Shown: positions 46,409 through 56,436 of the stretch, one piece after another
How positions within the stretch are numbered: position 1 is the first letter of the stretch
Layout of the letters: every line of letters begins with the position of its first letter
Origin: Candidatus Aminicenantes bacterium
GTDB taxonomy: Bacteria > Acidobacteriota > Aminicenantia > Aminicenantales > CAVYOD01
Assembly (NCBI GenBank): GCA_963701305.1
Contig: OY969586.1
Location: 3,863,937-3,927,936 of the forward strand
Direction: 5' to 3'
DNA length: 64,000 nucleotides
Made by a program: the position numbers and the translations under genes
The notes under the pieces: generated by a model
What the model saw: only the letters and a program-made list of their open reading frames with translations
Database searches by the model: none
What the model was told of the DNA's origin: nothing

Positions 46409-47472
46409 GTCAAGAACCCGGCTCCGTCCATCCAGTCTTGGCCCGACGAGCGTTTCTCCGCCTGGCCGCGGGGAGCGCAGCATACACTTTTGTGATGCCT
46501 AAGAGTCTGATATCTCGAGAGAAGCTCCCGACCAACACATCTCTCGTTGAGGGCAAGATCTATCTCAAGCACCAAACCGGGGAGCTCGCCTGGGAAAATG
46601 TTCGACGCCTGAAGGCGCTCCACGACGGACTCCGGGATGCCAATCTTCTGGATTCTCTTCACCCCATCACCCCACACAAAGCGGAATCAGAATGGGTGGC
46701 TTTGGCCCACCGGAGAGAGTACATTGAAACGGTCAAAAAGGACGCCGAGAGCGGCGCCAAAGTGCTTTCGACGGGGCACACTCTCCTATCGAAAGATTCT
46801 TACGATGTTGCCCTATGGGCCGTGGGCGGAGTGCTCGCCGCCTGTGACGCGGTCATGAATGGGAAAACCCGGAACGCTTTCTGCGCCGTCCGTCCCCCGG
46901 GACACCATGCCTCCCGTGATAAGGGCATGGGATTTTGTATTTTTAATAACGCCGGCATCGCGGCCAGGTACCTGCAGAAAAAGCACCGCGTGGGAAAAGT
47001 TTTGATCATCGACTGGGATGTTCACCATGGAAACGGTACCCAGGACATCTTCTACGAGGACGGGAGCGTTTTTTACTTCAGCACCCACCAATGGCCCTGG
47101 TACCCTTTTACCGGGAGCGAACAAGAAACCGGTAAAGGGGAGGGGAGAGGGACGACTCTGAACGCCCCCCTGCCGGCCGGCTCCGGAGATACGGAGCTGA
47201 TCGAAGTCTTTGAAAAGAAGTTGCTCCCGCAGGCCCTCAAGTTCAAGCCGGATTTCGTTTTGATCTCGGCCGGGTTTGACTCGCGGACGGCCGATCCTCT
47301 GGGACGGTTCAGGGTGACAGACGATGGGTTCAAAAAACTCACCCGGATCATGCTCCACATAGCCGCCGAATGTGCGGAAGGGCGCTTGGTTTCAATCCTG
47401 GAGGGAGGTTATAGCTTAAAGGGGCTCTCGACGGCGGCGCCGGCTCATATCGAGACCCTGATCCAAGGGTAG
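46405..47472 (+). CDS. Histone deacetylase / acetylpolyamine amidohydrolase family protein with Tat-type signal
   Basis: ATG 46405 overlaps the ankyrin stop (ATGA). N-terminal ARRAFLRLAAGSAAY. HDAC motifs RPPGHHA and DWDVHHGNGTQ. Confidence 0.8.
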   Translation: MSQEPGSVHPVLARRAFLRLAAGSAAYTFVMPKSLISREKLPTNTSLVEGKIYLKHQTGELAWENVRRLKALHDGLRDANLLDSLHPITPHKAESEWVALAHRREYIETVKKDAESGAKVLSTGHTLLSKDSYDVALWAVGGVLAACDAVMNGKTRNAFCAVRPPGHHASRDKGMGFCIFNNAGIAARYLQKKHRVGKVLIIDWDVHHGNGTQDIFYEDGSVFYFSTHQWPWYPFTGSEQETGKGEGRGTTLNAPLPAGSGDTELIEVFEKKLLPQALKFKPDFVLISAGFDSRTADPLGRFRVTDDGFKKLTRIMLHIAAECAEGRLVSILEGGYSLKGLSTAAPAHIETLIQG

Positions 47473-47501
47473 ATTAGACAGGTCCCAACGGGTTCCAGAA
47501 C

Positions 47502-48662
47502 TCAGTTTTCTAGCACCGTGTGAGACAAGAATACCCCTCGTTCGGCCAGACCTTTCTTAAAGGCCGGGAACAACCCGCCGGCCAAAACCTGCTCGGGAAA
47601 CAGGATGCCTTTCTTCGCAATCTTTCCGGACACTATCATTTGGCCCACGATCGAGGCAGGGAAGGCGGTTGTTTTGGCCATCGAAGTGTATTTTTTTCCG
47701 GGATCGAAACGGTCGATCATCTCAAAGACGTGGGTCTGGGATTTCCCCGATTTTCTTCCCGTGACGATGATCCTCAACAGCGTGACATCCGTGTCCTCAC
47801 CCAACCTCAACTTGGGTTCCAACACGGCTTCAAGCAGATTTCGGGGGACGATTTCCTTCGAGCCAAAAGGCACCGCTTGGGTCGAAAAAAGCCCGCATTC
47901 CATTAACGCCTTAATCCCTTGGATATGACCTCTGTGCCGGACCGTTTTTTTCGAGAGTTCCCCTTGGATTTTCCCTTTCATGAAGAGCACAAGGGAAGAC
48001 AGCCCACGAGTATAGAAACATTCCATGTCTGGAAAATCGGGCGGAAAAGAGATGGGTTCGACGCCGGAGAGGGGCGGCAGCTCCAATTCCCGCCCATTCT
48101 TCAGGAGTTGGGCGTTTTTTTCATAAAAATTGAGGAAGCTGCTGAAGGAATAAACGATTCGGTGATTGAGAGGAGGGGCCGGATGGAGGGGAACGCCTCC
48201 CACAAAGATGCGGGCATTATCCGTTTCGTCGAGAAGACGAACGGCTTGGGCGACGCAGGCATTGGTGATTCCCGGGGAGAGACCGACGCCCGAAATGGCC
48301 GTGACCCCGTTTTTTTTGGCCTCGCTGTCGAGCTCGAGCCTTTCCAAAGGGGACTCTCCGACCAAGTCCACATAGGGGACCCCTTGCCTAACCGCAGTTT
48401 CCAGGGAGGGTAGGCTCTGTTCATGAAGAAGAGCAGAAAAAACAACATCCCGGCCCTTCATAACATGACTTCTCTCTGACCCATTCTCCATGTCGTTTTT
48501 TAGAAGAATGAGCCTCCTGCTGGCGATGAACCGCTTTGCAATATGGAGTGCGCGCGCCCCGTCATTCACCAGGGTAACGGTATTGTCTTCGCCGCTTTCG
48601 ATGAGATCCTTGGCCAGGACAGTCCCCATCCTCCCGGCCCCGAGGACAAGAAAGTGAGCCAT
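47502..48662 (-). CDS. Saccharopine dehydrogenase-fold NAD(P) oxidoreductase (lysine 6-dehydrogenase-like size class)
   Basis: 386 aa with a Rossmann N-terminus LVLGAGRMG. Sits immediately downstream of kamA. Confidence 0.65.
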   Translation of the reverse strand: MAHFLVLGAGRMGTVLAKDLIESGEDNTVTLVNDGARALHIAKRFIASRRLILLKNDMENGSERSHVMKGRDVVFSALLHEQSLPSLETAVRQGVPYVDLVGESPLERLELDSEAKKNGVTAISGVGLSPGITNACVAQAVRLLDETDNARIFVGGVPLHPAPPLNHRIVYSFSSFLNFYEKNAQLLKNGRELELPPLSGVEPISFPPDFPDMECFYTRGLSSLVLFMKGKIQGELSKKTVRHRGHIQGIKALMECGLFSTQAVPFGSKEIVPRNLLEAVLEPKLRLGEDTDVTLLRIIVTGRKSGKSQTHVFEMIDRFDPGKKYTSMAKTTAFPASIVGQMIVSGKIAKKGILFPEQVLAGGLFPAFKKGLAERGVFLSHTVLEN

Positions 48663-48694
48663 TTATTGAATGTCGGCTTGAAATGTTGGGCGTT

Positions 48695-50011
48695 TTATTC
48701 TTTGACGCCTTTTGCCTTTTTGTATTTCTTGCTCCGCTGGTGTCTCTCCAGGCCGGTCGGGCCGATGCTTATTTTCTCGCCGCGGAGCAGAACCGAAGTT
48801 CCCTCTCTATTTTCCAGATAAGGAAATTCTCGACGCAATGCATCTTCATCAGGACAGCCGCCTTCCGCCGCCTCGGGCTCTGTATAGACCGAAATAACTC
48901 CTTCATAATTGCGGAGAATCACCCGGCGATCGCTCCTTGACAAAAGATAGGTGGGCATGACGGGAGTTTTCCCTCCTCCGCCCGGGGCATCCACGACAAA
49001 GGTGGGAATGCACAGGCCCGAGGTGTAAGCCCTCAGGTTCTCCATGATTTCCAGACCCTTGCTGACGGACGTCCTGAAGTGGCCGATGCCCTGGGAAAGG
49101 TCGCACTGGTAGATGTAATAGGGGCGGACCCTTATTCTGACCAGATCGTGGACCAATTTTTTCATTACAATCGGAGAATCGTTAACCCCCCTGAGGAGAA
49201 CGGATTGGTTGCCCAGCGGGATGCCTCCGTCGGCCAACATCTCGCAGGCTCTCTTTGACTCCGGGGTGATCTCCTTGGGATGATTGAAATGGGTATTGAC
49301 GAAGAGAGGATGATACTTCCTCAGCATCGTGATCAGCTCTGGGGTTATCCGCTGAGGCATGACCACGGGTGCCGCGATCCCCAGGCGCACGATCTCCACA
49401 TGGGGAATCTTTCGCACCCGTTGGATGATATCCTCGAGGAAATCGTCGGACATGGTCAAAGGATCGCCGCCCGATATCAAGACGTCCCGCACCTGAGGTG
49501 TTGCCTTGATGTACTCGATCCCCATGTCGATATCCTTCTTGGGCATGGACTTATCGGTGTCTCCCGCTTTCCTCCGCCTCGTACAGTGGCGGCAGTACAT
49601 GGAGCACTGGTCCGTGACCAGGAAGAGCACTCGGTCGGGATACCTGTGAGTGATGCTGCGAACAGGTGATTCCAAGTCTTCATGAAGCGGATCATACATA
49701 TCTTCTTCGCTGATCTCGACTTCTTTGCCGGTGGGGATGGCCCTCTTGCGGATCGGACAGTTTCTGTCGGAGGGGTCCATAAGACTCGCGTAGTATGGTG
49801 TAATCGCCATCCGTAGGGACCTAAGGGAATTATTGACGTCCCTCTCTTCTTCTGCGGTCATTTCGACGACCTGTTTCAATACGTCGACTGAGGTAATACG
49901 GTTCCTCAGCTGCCATTTCCAGTCGTTCCATTCGTTCTGCGAAACGTCTTTCCAGAGCGGGATTTCTTTATAGTTTCTTTCCCCGGAAACCTGGCCGTTC
50001 TTTCTTATCAT
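48695..50011 (-). CDS. kamA: Lysine 2,3-aminomutase (radical SAM)
   Basis: ATG 50011 follows AAAAAAGGAG. The CxxxCxxC motif is CSMYCRHCTRR. Full-length clostridial-type protein with a C-terminal extension. Confidence 0.85.
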   Translation of the reverse strand: MIRKNGQVSGERNYKEIPLWKDVSQNEWNDWKWQLRNRITSVDVLKQVVEMTAEEERDVNNSLRSLRMAITPYYASLMDPSDRNCPIRKRAIPTGKEVEISEEDMYDPLHEDLESPVRSITHRYPDRVLFLVTDQCSMYCRHCTRRRKAGDTDKSMPKKDIDMGIEYIKATPQVRDVLISGGDPLTMSDDFLEDIIQRVRKIPHVEIVRLGIAAPVVMPQRITPELITMLRKYHPLFVNTHFNHPKEITPESKRACEMLADGGIPLGNQSVLLRGVNDSPIVMKKLVHDLVRIRVRPYYIYQCDLSQGIGHFRTSVSKGLEIMENLRAYTSGLCIPTFVVDAPGGGGKTPVMPTYLLSRSDRRVILRNYEGVISVYTEPEAAEGGCPDEDALRREFPYLENREGTSVLLRGEKISIGPTGLERHQRSKKYKKAKGVKE

Positions 50012-50176
50012 TTTTGACTCCTTTTTTGGCTCTCGGCTTCGAGATCCCTTTCCCCCGGTGACGGTCCCCGAGGAGAGACTGATTTTTAAAAATGAGCTTA
50101 ACACATATGATCAGCTACGGTCAAGAATTTGACTCCGTGCGTCGGCTGTGTTAAAAGACGGCCAGGAGGGGTGACC

Positions 50177-51826
50177 ATGAAAATCATCGCGCCTTCGAGA
50201 CAAGGAAATTTCAAGAAAACCGGTCGCTATGCGCTTTTTCTTCGGCTGACAGGCATACTGGCCACTTTGGCGATCCTGTTCATTTGGGCCGGGGAAACTG
50301 ACCGCGGAGACGAGCAACGGGGATGCACCATGATCCTGGCGGCTAAGCAGGCCACCGCAGATGGTTCCGTGCTCATGTCCTACAGCAACGATTGGGATGG
50401 GAAAGGGGCCTCCCATGTCGTGGTCGTTCCAAGAATGCAACACAAGCCAGGAGAGATGTGCAAGCTCGTAAACGGCCCCGAAATTCCCCAAACGGAAGTC
50501 ACCTTCGGCTATGTCGGAAACGAGCTCCTCTGGACCGACCACACGACGTTTGAAAACGGGATCAACGAGCACCAGGTGGCCGTATGCTTCGGCACCGCCG
50601 TGGGGGTCAACCCGAAGGCGAAAGAAGCTGACCCCTTGCTGGGAGAAAAAGATAAAGCTTCCGGCATTCTGATCCCTTGGCGCCTGGTTCTGGAAAGGGC
50701 GAAAACGGCCAGGGAAGGAGTGGATCTTGTCGAGAAACTCTTCAATCAGTACGGGCTGCGCGAAGATGGCTCCTTTGCCATCGCCGATCCGAATGAAATC
50801 TGGGTTTTTCAGATAGCAGGCGGCCATCACTGGGCGGCCACGAGGGTGCCGGACGATTGCTATGTGATCCATGACAATACCTTCCGCATGGGAGAACTCA
50901 ACTGCAGCGACGCGGCCACTTGCCGTTGCTCCCCCGGCCTGATTCAATTTTCTACCGAAAAGGGCCTCTACGACCCGGCCTCAGGCCCTTTTAACTTCAA
51001 GAAGGCCTGGGGACGCGTCTATACCAAGAATCCTCCCGCCGACCGGCGCATCTGGCGGGTGCAGAGTCTCCTGACTCCAGGATCAAGCCTTCCACCGGAC
51101 ACGCCGTACTTTGATTTTCCTCTCGCCCTTCGTCCCGAGCAAAAAATCACCAGAGAAAAACTGATGTCCATCATGCGCGATCATTATGAAGGCAGCAAAC
51201 TCGACCTCACAGACGATTACAAAAAAGGAAATCCCCATCTCACTGCCGAGAGAACCCTCTGTGTCACCAGAACCCAGTACACGGTTGTGACCCAGCTCAG
51301 AAGCTGGCTGCCTGGTGAGATCGGCGGAGTCTTTTGGCTCGCCATGGCCAATCCGGACGTCAGTACATTTATTCCCTGGTATCAGGGAGTCACCGAAACG
51401 CCCGCCGTGTTCCGTGCCGGCAGCGGCCGATCCGACCAGGAATCCGCTTATTGGTCGTTTAAAAGGATTGGTGTCCTGGTCAACTCCTTTTATGCAAAGC
51501 TGATCGACCAGGTCCGGAGCACCTGGAAGGCCCTCGAAAACGATGAATTCGCCCAGCAGGAGCCGATTGAAAAAACAGCCCTCGAGTTGTTCCGCAAAGA
51601 CGTCTCTTTGGCCAGAGGCTTCTTAACTGCCTATTCCAATTCGCTAGCCCTCAGAGCGTATCAGACAGCCCAGACAATGATCAAAGACCTTGAGACACGC
51701 TGCGTCGAGCTGCAGAATCGTCAAATCGAGAAATCGAGTTGGGTCGGCTGGCATGAGGGTGAAGAAAGACTGGGATCAAGGCAAGGATCGCGAGGAGGAG
51801 AAAGTGAAAGGATCGAGATCTTTTGA
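50177..51826 (+). CDS. C69 family dipeptidase
   Basis: ATG 50177 follows AGGAGGGG. N-terminal anchor or signal followed by the nucleophile context GCTMILAAK. Confidence 0.8.
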   Translation: MKIIAPSRQGNFKKTGRYALFLRLTGILATLAILFIWAGETDRGDEQRGCTMILAAKQATADGSVLMSYSNDWDGKGASHVVVVPRMQHKPGEMCKLVNGPEIPQTEVTFGYVGNELLWTDHTTFENGINEHQVAVCFGTAVGVNPKAKEADPLLGEKDKASGILIPWRLVLERAKTAREGVDLVEKLFNQYGLREDGSFAIADPNEIWVFQIAGGHHWAATRVPDDCYVIHDNTFRMGELNCSDAATCRCSPGLIQFSTEKGLYDPASGPFNFKKAWGRVYTKNPPADRRIWRVQSLLTPGSSLPPDTPYFDFPLALRPEQKITREKLMSIMRDHYEGSKLDLTDDYKKGNPHLTAERTLCVTRTQYTVVTQLRSWLPGEIGGVFWLAMANPDVSTFIPWYQGVTETPAVFRAGSGRSDQESAYWSFKRIGVLVNSFYAKLIDQVRSTWKALENDEFAQQEPIEKTALELFRKDVSLARGFLTAYSNSLALRAYQTAQTMIKDLETRCVELQNRQIEKSSWVGWHEGEERLGSRQGSRGGESERIEIF

Positions 51827-54800
51827 AGTGTCGAAATGGCTCTTGCCCCTTCTGGTGATTTCCGTTTTGAGCATGAGCGCGGAGGGAGTCTTATCCCAAT
51901 CGGCCGGTCCAGGGACCCCTCAAACCAGCATGGATCCCTCCCTTTACCAGGCGTTGAAATACCGTCCCATCGGTCCTTATCGCGGTGGCCGCTGTTCGGC
52001 CGTCACGGGAGTCCGCGAACAGCCGCACACATTCTACATGGGGACGGGGGGAATGTGGAAGACTGTGAATGCCGGGCTATCGTGGGAGAATATTTCGGAC
52101 GGTTTTTTCGAAACGGGTTCGATCGGCGCCATCGATGTCGCCGATTCTGATCCCTCTGTCATCTACGTCGGGACCGGCCAGTCAACCATCAGAGGAAATG
52201 TCTCGACGGGAAAAGGCGTCTACAAATCCACCGATGGGGGGAAAACCTGGGTCCATGCTGGATTGCGGAATGCGGGACAGATAGCGGCCATCATCATCCA
52301 TCCTTCAAACCCAGATTTGGTGTATGCGGGAGTGATCGGCCACGCCTTCGGCGCCAATGAAGAGCGCGGGGTTTTCCGCACCGCAGACGGCGGAAAATCC
52401 TGGCAGAAGATTCTGTTCATCAGTCCAAAAACAGGCATTGCGGATATGGCCATGGACCCGACGAATCCCCGGGTGCTCTACGCTTCTGCCTGGACCGTCG
52501 AGCGGAAGCCCTGGACGATCATTTCCGGAAGCGAAGAGTGCGGCCTTTATAAAACGATCGACAGCGGAGAGACTTGGAAAAAGATCGATCATGGCCTCCC
52601 GACCGGGTTGGTCGGGAAGATAGGAATTGCCGTTTCGCCGGCCAATCCGAACCGCCTCTGGGCACTGGTTGAGGCGGATAAAGGCGGGCTCTTCCGCTCT
52701 GATGACGGCGGAGCCAGCTGGTTGTTACTGGAAACAAATCAGAAACGCAAGCTTTACCAACGGACCTGGTACTATATGCACATCTTTGCCGACCCGAAGA
52801 ATGAAAACAGCGTCTACATCCAGAATGTCGAGTTTTTCAAGTCCATAGACGGCGGCAAGACGTTTGAAGAAATCACAACCTGGCCCCATGGAGACGGCCA
52901 TGCCATGTGGATCAATCCCGATGATCCCAGGATTATGGTTATCGGAACCGACGGCGGCGCCAGCGTATCTTTGGATGGGGCCAAAACCTGGTCGACGATC
53001 GACAATCAGCCCACCGCCGAACTTTATTACGTCTACGTCGACGAGAAGTTTCCCTACCGGCTCTATGGCCCCCAGCAGGATGACACGACGATCTCGGTCC
53101 TGAGCCGCTTTCCCCGCCAGCTCACCTGTTATGAAAACTGGTACGAGGTCGGGGGCTGTGAGGACGGTCAGATCGCCTTCGATCCCAAGGATCCCGTCAT
53201 TGTCTATGCCGGCTGCTACGGCGGCGAGATCACCCGCTACAACGTTGAAACAGGCGCGGAACGCGATATCCTGAGCTATCCCGAGATGGAGATTGGAAAG
53301 GCACCGAAGGACATGCGCTACCGGTTTAACTGGAACGCGCCCATCCGCCTCTCTCCTCATGATCCCAACACTCTTTATCACTGCTCCCAGTTCGTCCACA
53401 AATCCACCAATCAGGGACAGAGCTGGGAGATTATCAGCCCGGATCTCTCCCGAAATGAAAAAGATAAACAGGATTACGCCGGCAGTCCTATCACGATGGA
53501 AAACACGGGCGTTGAGGTCTACTCGAACATTCTCTCATTTGAGGAATCGCCGCAAACCCCCGGCCTGCTCTGGGCCGGCAGTTGCGACGGCCTTGTCCAT
53601 ATCTCAAGGGACGGAGGCAAGAGCTGGTCGGATATCACCCCAAAGGCAACACCCAGGAACGGCATCATCAACATCATCGAGCTCTCGCCCCACGACCCCG
53701 GCCGCGCCTTCATCTCCGTTCTCAACTATGTTTTCGAAGACTACCGGCCCTATCTCTTCAGAACCAATGACTACGGCCAAACCTGGGAGCTCCTGACCGA
53801 CGGGAAAAACGGCATCCCTGCGGATACCCCGACCCGGGTGGTCCGGGAAGATCCGGAGCAGAAAGGCCTTCTCTACGCAGGCACCGAGTTCGGCATGTAC
53901 ATCTCATTCGATGACGGCAAGCACTGGCGGTCCTTCCAGCTCAACCTTCCTGTTATCCCGGTCACGGATATCAAAGTCCATCATCAAGACCTGGTTCTCT
54001 CCACCCAAGGCCGGAGCTTCTGGATCCTCGACGATCTGACTCCCTTGCATCAGATCTCCAACGAGATCGCTTCCAAGCCTTATCTGTTCAAGCCACGCGA
54101 CACCTATCGGATGCAGATGGCCAGGTCGAGAGACCCGAATTCACCCTGCGGACAAAACCCGCCCAACGGAGCCCTGATTTTTTATTCATTTCCAAAACCG
54201 CCGGCCGGTGAGGTGACACTTCAGATCTATGCTCCCAATGGGCAGCTGATCCAAACCTACTCCAGTGAACGGGACCCTTTCCCGAACCCGGAGATTGTCA
54301 ACATGGGCTCTGTGGGTGAGAAGAGAGTCCCCAAGCGAGCCGGCATGAACCGTTTCGTCTGGAACCTGCGGTATCCGGTCGTCAATTCAGCCCCAGGGTC
54401 CATCGTCTGGGGCCTCACGGGCGGGCCGAGGGCAGCTCCAGGAGACTACAGCGTCAAAATCTCGGCGGGCGAGTGGAGTCAGACACAGCCCTTCTCAGTG
54501 CTCAAAGACCCGAGAGCCCAAACCACTCAGACCGAGTTCGATGAGCAGCTTGACCTGGAGTTGAAAATGCGCACCAGTCTCAACGAGATTTATGATGGGG
54601 TTCGGATTGTGCGTGAAGTGCGGCGCCAGGCCAAGGATTTGATTCAGCGGTTACACGAATGCATGCCGAGACATAGGCAACATCCAGAAAGCAGCCGATT
54701 CGCTTTCAGAGAAGCTCACGAAAATAGAAGAAGAATTGATGCAGCCCAAGAATTCGGCAGAGCAAGACACGGAAAACTTCCCCACCAAGCTGGATAACCA

Positions 54801-55014
54801 GCTCGCCTATATCTATATGAAACTGGATTCAACGGATAGCCGGCCGACCGACGGGCAGAAAGAACGGTTCCAGGATTTGGAGAGGGAAAAAGAGGCCCTT
54901 TTGGCCCAACTCCGACGCATCGTAGATACGGATCTCGCCGAGTTCAACGTCCTGATCCAGAAGCTGGGCACGCCGCCCATTATTCTTCCGGCCCCAACCA
55001 AAGCGAAGGATTGA
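51753..55014 (+). CDS. BNR/sortilin(VPS10)-like repeat protein, reading frame broken near the 3' end
   Basis: The 51690-54797 ORF carries repeated BNR-like motifs (S.DGG.TW). Its last ~45 codons read like out-of-frame sequence. The +1 frame reads DIGNIQKAADSLSEKLTKIEEELMQPKNSAEQ... and continues to 55014. The start is uncertain: ATG 51753 or GTG 51828. Confidence 0.7.
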
Positions 55015-55086
55015 TTGTTGCGCTCGAACTGACCTGTCCAGCTTGTTTGGCAATTTGCTGGTCAACTTGCTTAAGAGGAGGAAGGC

Positions 55087-56346
55087 ATGCGACCCAAGCT
55101 TCTAGCTTTATTTTTTCTCTGTGCAAGTCCGGCCTTGTTGGCCCAGACGGTAGCCATCCGGGCCGGATACCTAGTGGATCCCGCGAAAGGAACCGTGGCA
55201 AAAGACCAGGTTATCCTCATCCAGGACGGAAAAATCAGGTCGGTCGGCTCCGGAATCGCGATTCCCAAGGAGGCGCGGCTCGTAGATCTATCCAACGAAT
55301 GGGTTATGCCTGGACTCATCGACGCCCATGTTCACCTCACTCTTACGGAGATAACCGGGGGAGCTCCCTTCGAGTCTTTTTATCTAAAAGAGAGCTCGAC
55401 TTACCGCGGCCTGCGGGGCTTGCGGAACGCGCAGGCGATCTTGAAGGCTGGTTTCACGACGCTCCGCGATGTGGGCAACGCGGGTGATTACGCCATCGAA
55501 GACGTCCGCCGGGCCATCCAAGAAGGCTGGTTCGACGGCCCCACGATCCTCACTTCCGGCAAAATCATCACACCCTTCGGCGGTCAATCCAACGCGATCC
55601 CATCCGAACGGGGGACCTTCTGGCGTTACGAATACATAGACGCTGATACCCCTGACGAGATCCGCAAGGCAGTCCGCCAGAACATCTATTACGGCGCTGA
55701 CCTCATCAAGCTCGTCGTGGACAACAACCCCTACCACTATTCAATCGACGAGATTCGCGCCGCAGTTGACGAAGCCCACCGCGCCGGCCGCGCCGTGGCC
55801 GTGCATGTCTACGGTGGGGAAGCGGCCCAAAACGTCATCGAAGCCGGAGTCGATTCTCTCGAACATGGCTTCAACCTGACGGACCAGCAGCTTCAGCTCA
55901 TGAAAAAGAAAGGCATGTTCCTTGTCGGGACCGACATCCCGAGAGCCCACCTCGAGATCGTGGGCACGTCCGGCGGCATCTTTCCTCCGCCGGCTGTTCT
56001 GGGACCGCTGATCGTGGACCGCCTGCGGCGGGCCCAGCGCATCGGGGTCAAGATGGCTTTTGGGAGTGATACTGTCATTGAAATCGCGAACAGGACTCGC
56101 GCTGACCTGATGTTGGACTACCTCGCGGTCTGGCGCGAGGCCGGGATCGCGCCCGCGGCGATCCTAAAGTGCCTGACTGCGAATGCGGCTGAGCTGCTCA
56201 GGATCAATGATCAGCGCGGCGCCATTTCCTCGGGCTTAGCCGCGGATATCATCGCCATGCCCGGGAACCCGCTTGATAACATCGAGACGCTGCGCAAGGT
56301 CGACTTCGTGATGAAAAACGGCAAGATTATTCGACGTCGCCAATGA
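55087..56346 (+). CDS. Exported metal-dependent amidohydrolase (COG1228-type, Xaa-Arg/Lys or prolidase-like)
   Basis: 419 aa with a signal peptide and an HxH motif in GLIDAHVHL. Confidence 0.75.
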   Translation: MRPKLLALFFLCASPALLAQTVAIRAGYLVDPAKGTVAKDQVILIQDGKIRSVGSGIAIPKEARLVDLSNEWVMPGLIDAHVHLTLTEITGGAPFESFYLKESSTYRGLRGLRNAQAILKAGFTTLRDVGNAGDYAIEDVRRAIQEGWFDGPTILTSGKIITPFGGQSNAIPSERGTFWRYEYIDADTPDEIRKAVRQNIYYGADLIKLVVDNNPYHYSIDEIRAAVDEAHRAGRAVAVHVYGGEAAQNVIEAGVDSLEHGFNLTDQQLQLMKKKGMFLVGTDIPRAHLEIVGTSGGIFPPPAVLGPLIVDRLRRAQRIGVKMAFGSDTVIEIANRTRADLMLDYLAVWREAGIAPAAILKCLTANAAELLRINDQRGAISSGLAADIIAMPGNPLDNIETLRKVDFVMKNGKIIRRRQ

Positions 56347-56380
56347 GGTGATCAGCCAGTTTTGCAGTCAGCTCGGAAGC

Positions 56381-56409
56381 TTGACATGGCAAAGTGCTTA
56401 TGAGAGAAT
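56381..56409 (+). promoter_or_regulatory. Promoter of the LKR-SDH operon
   Basis: AGCTTGACATG context with TTGACA-N17-GAGAAT, about 28 nt upstream of ATG 56437. Confidence 0.4.
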
Positions 56410-56436
56410 TTCCCCCTGAAAGGAACCCCAAAACGT

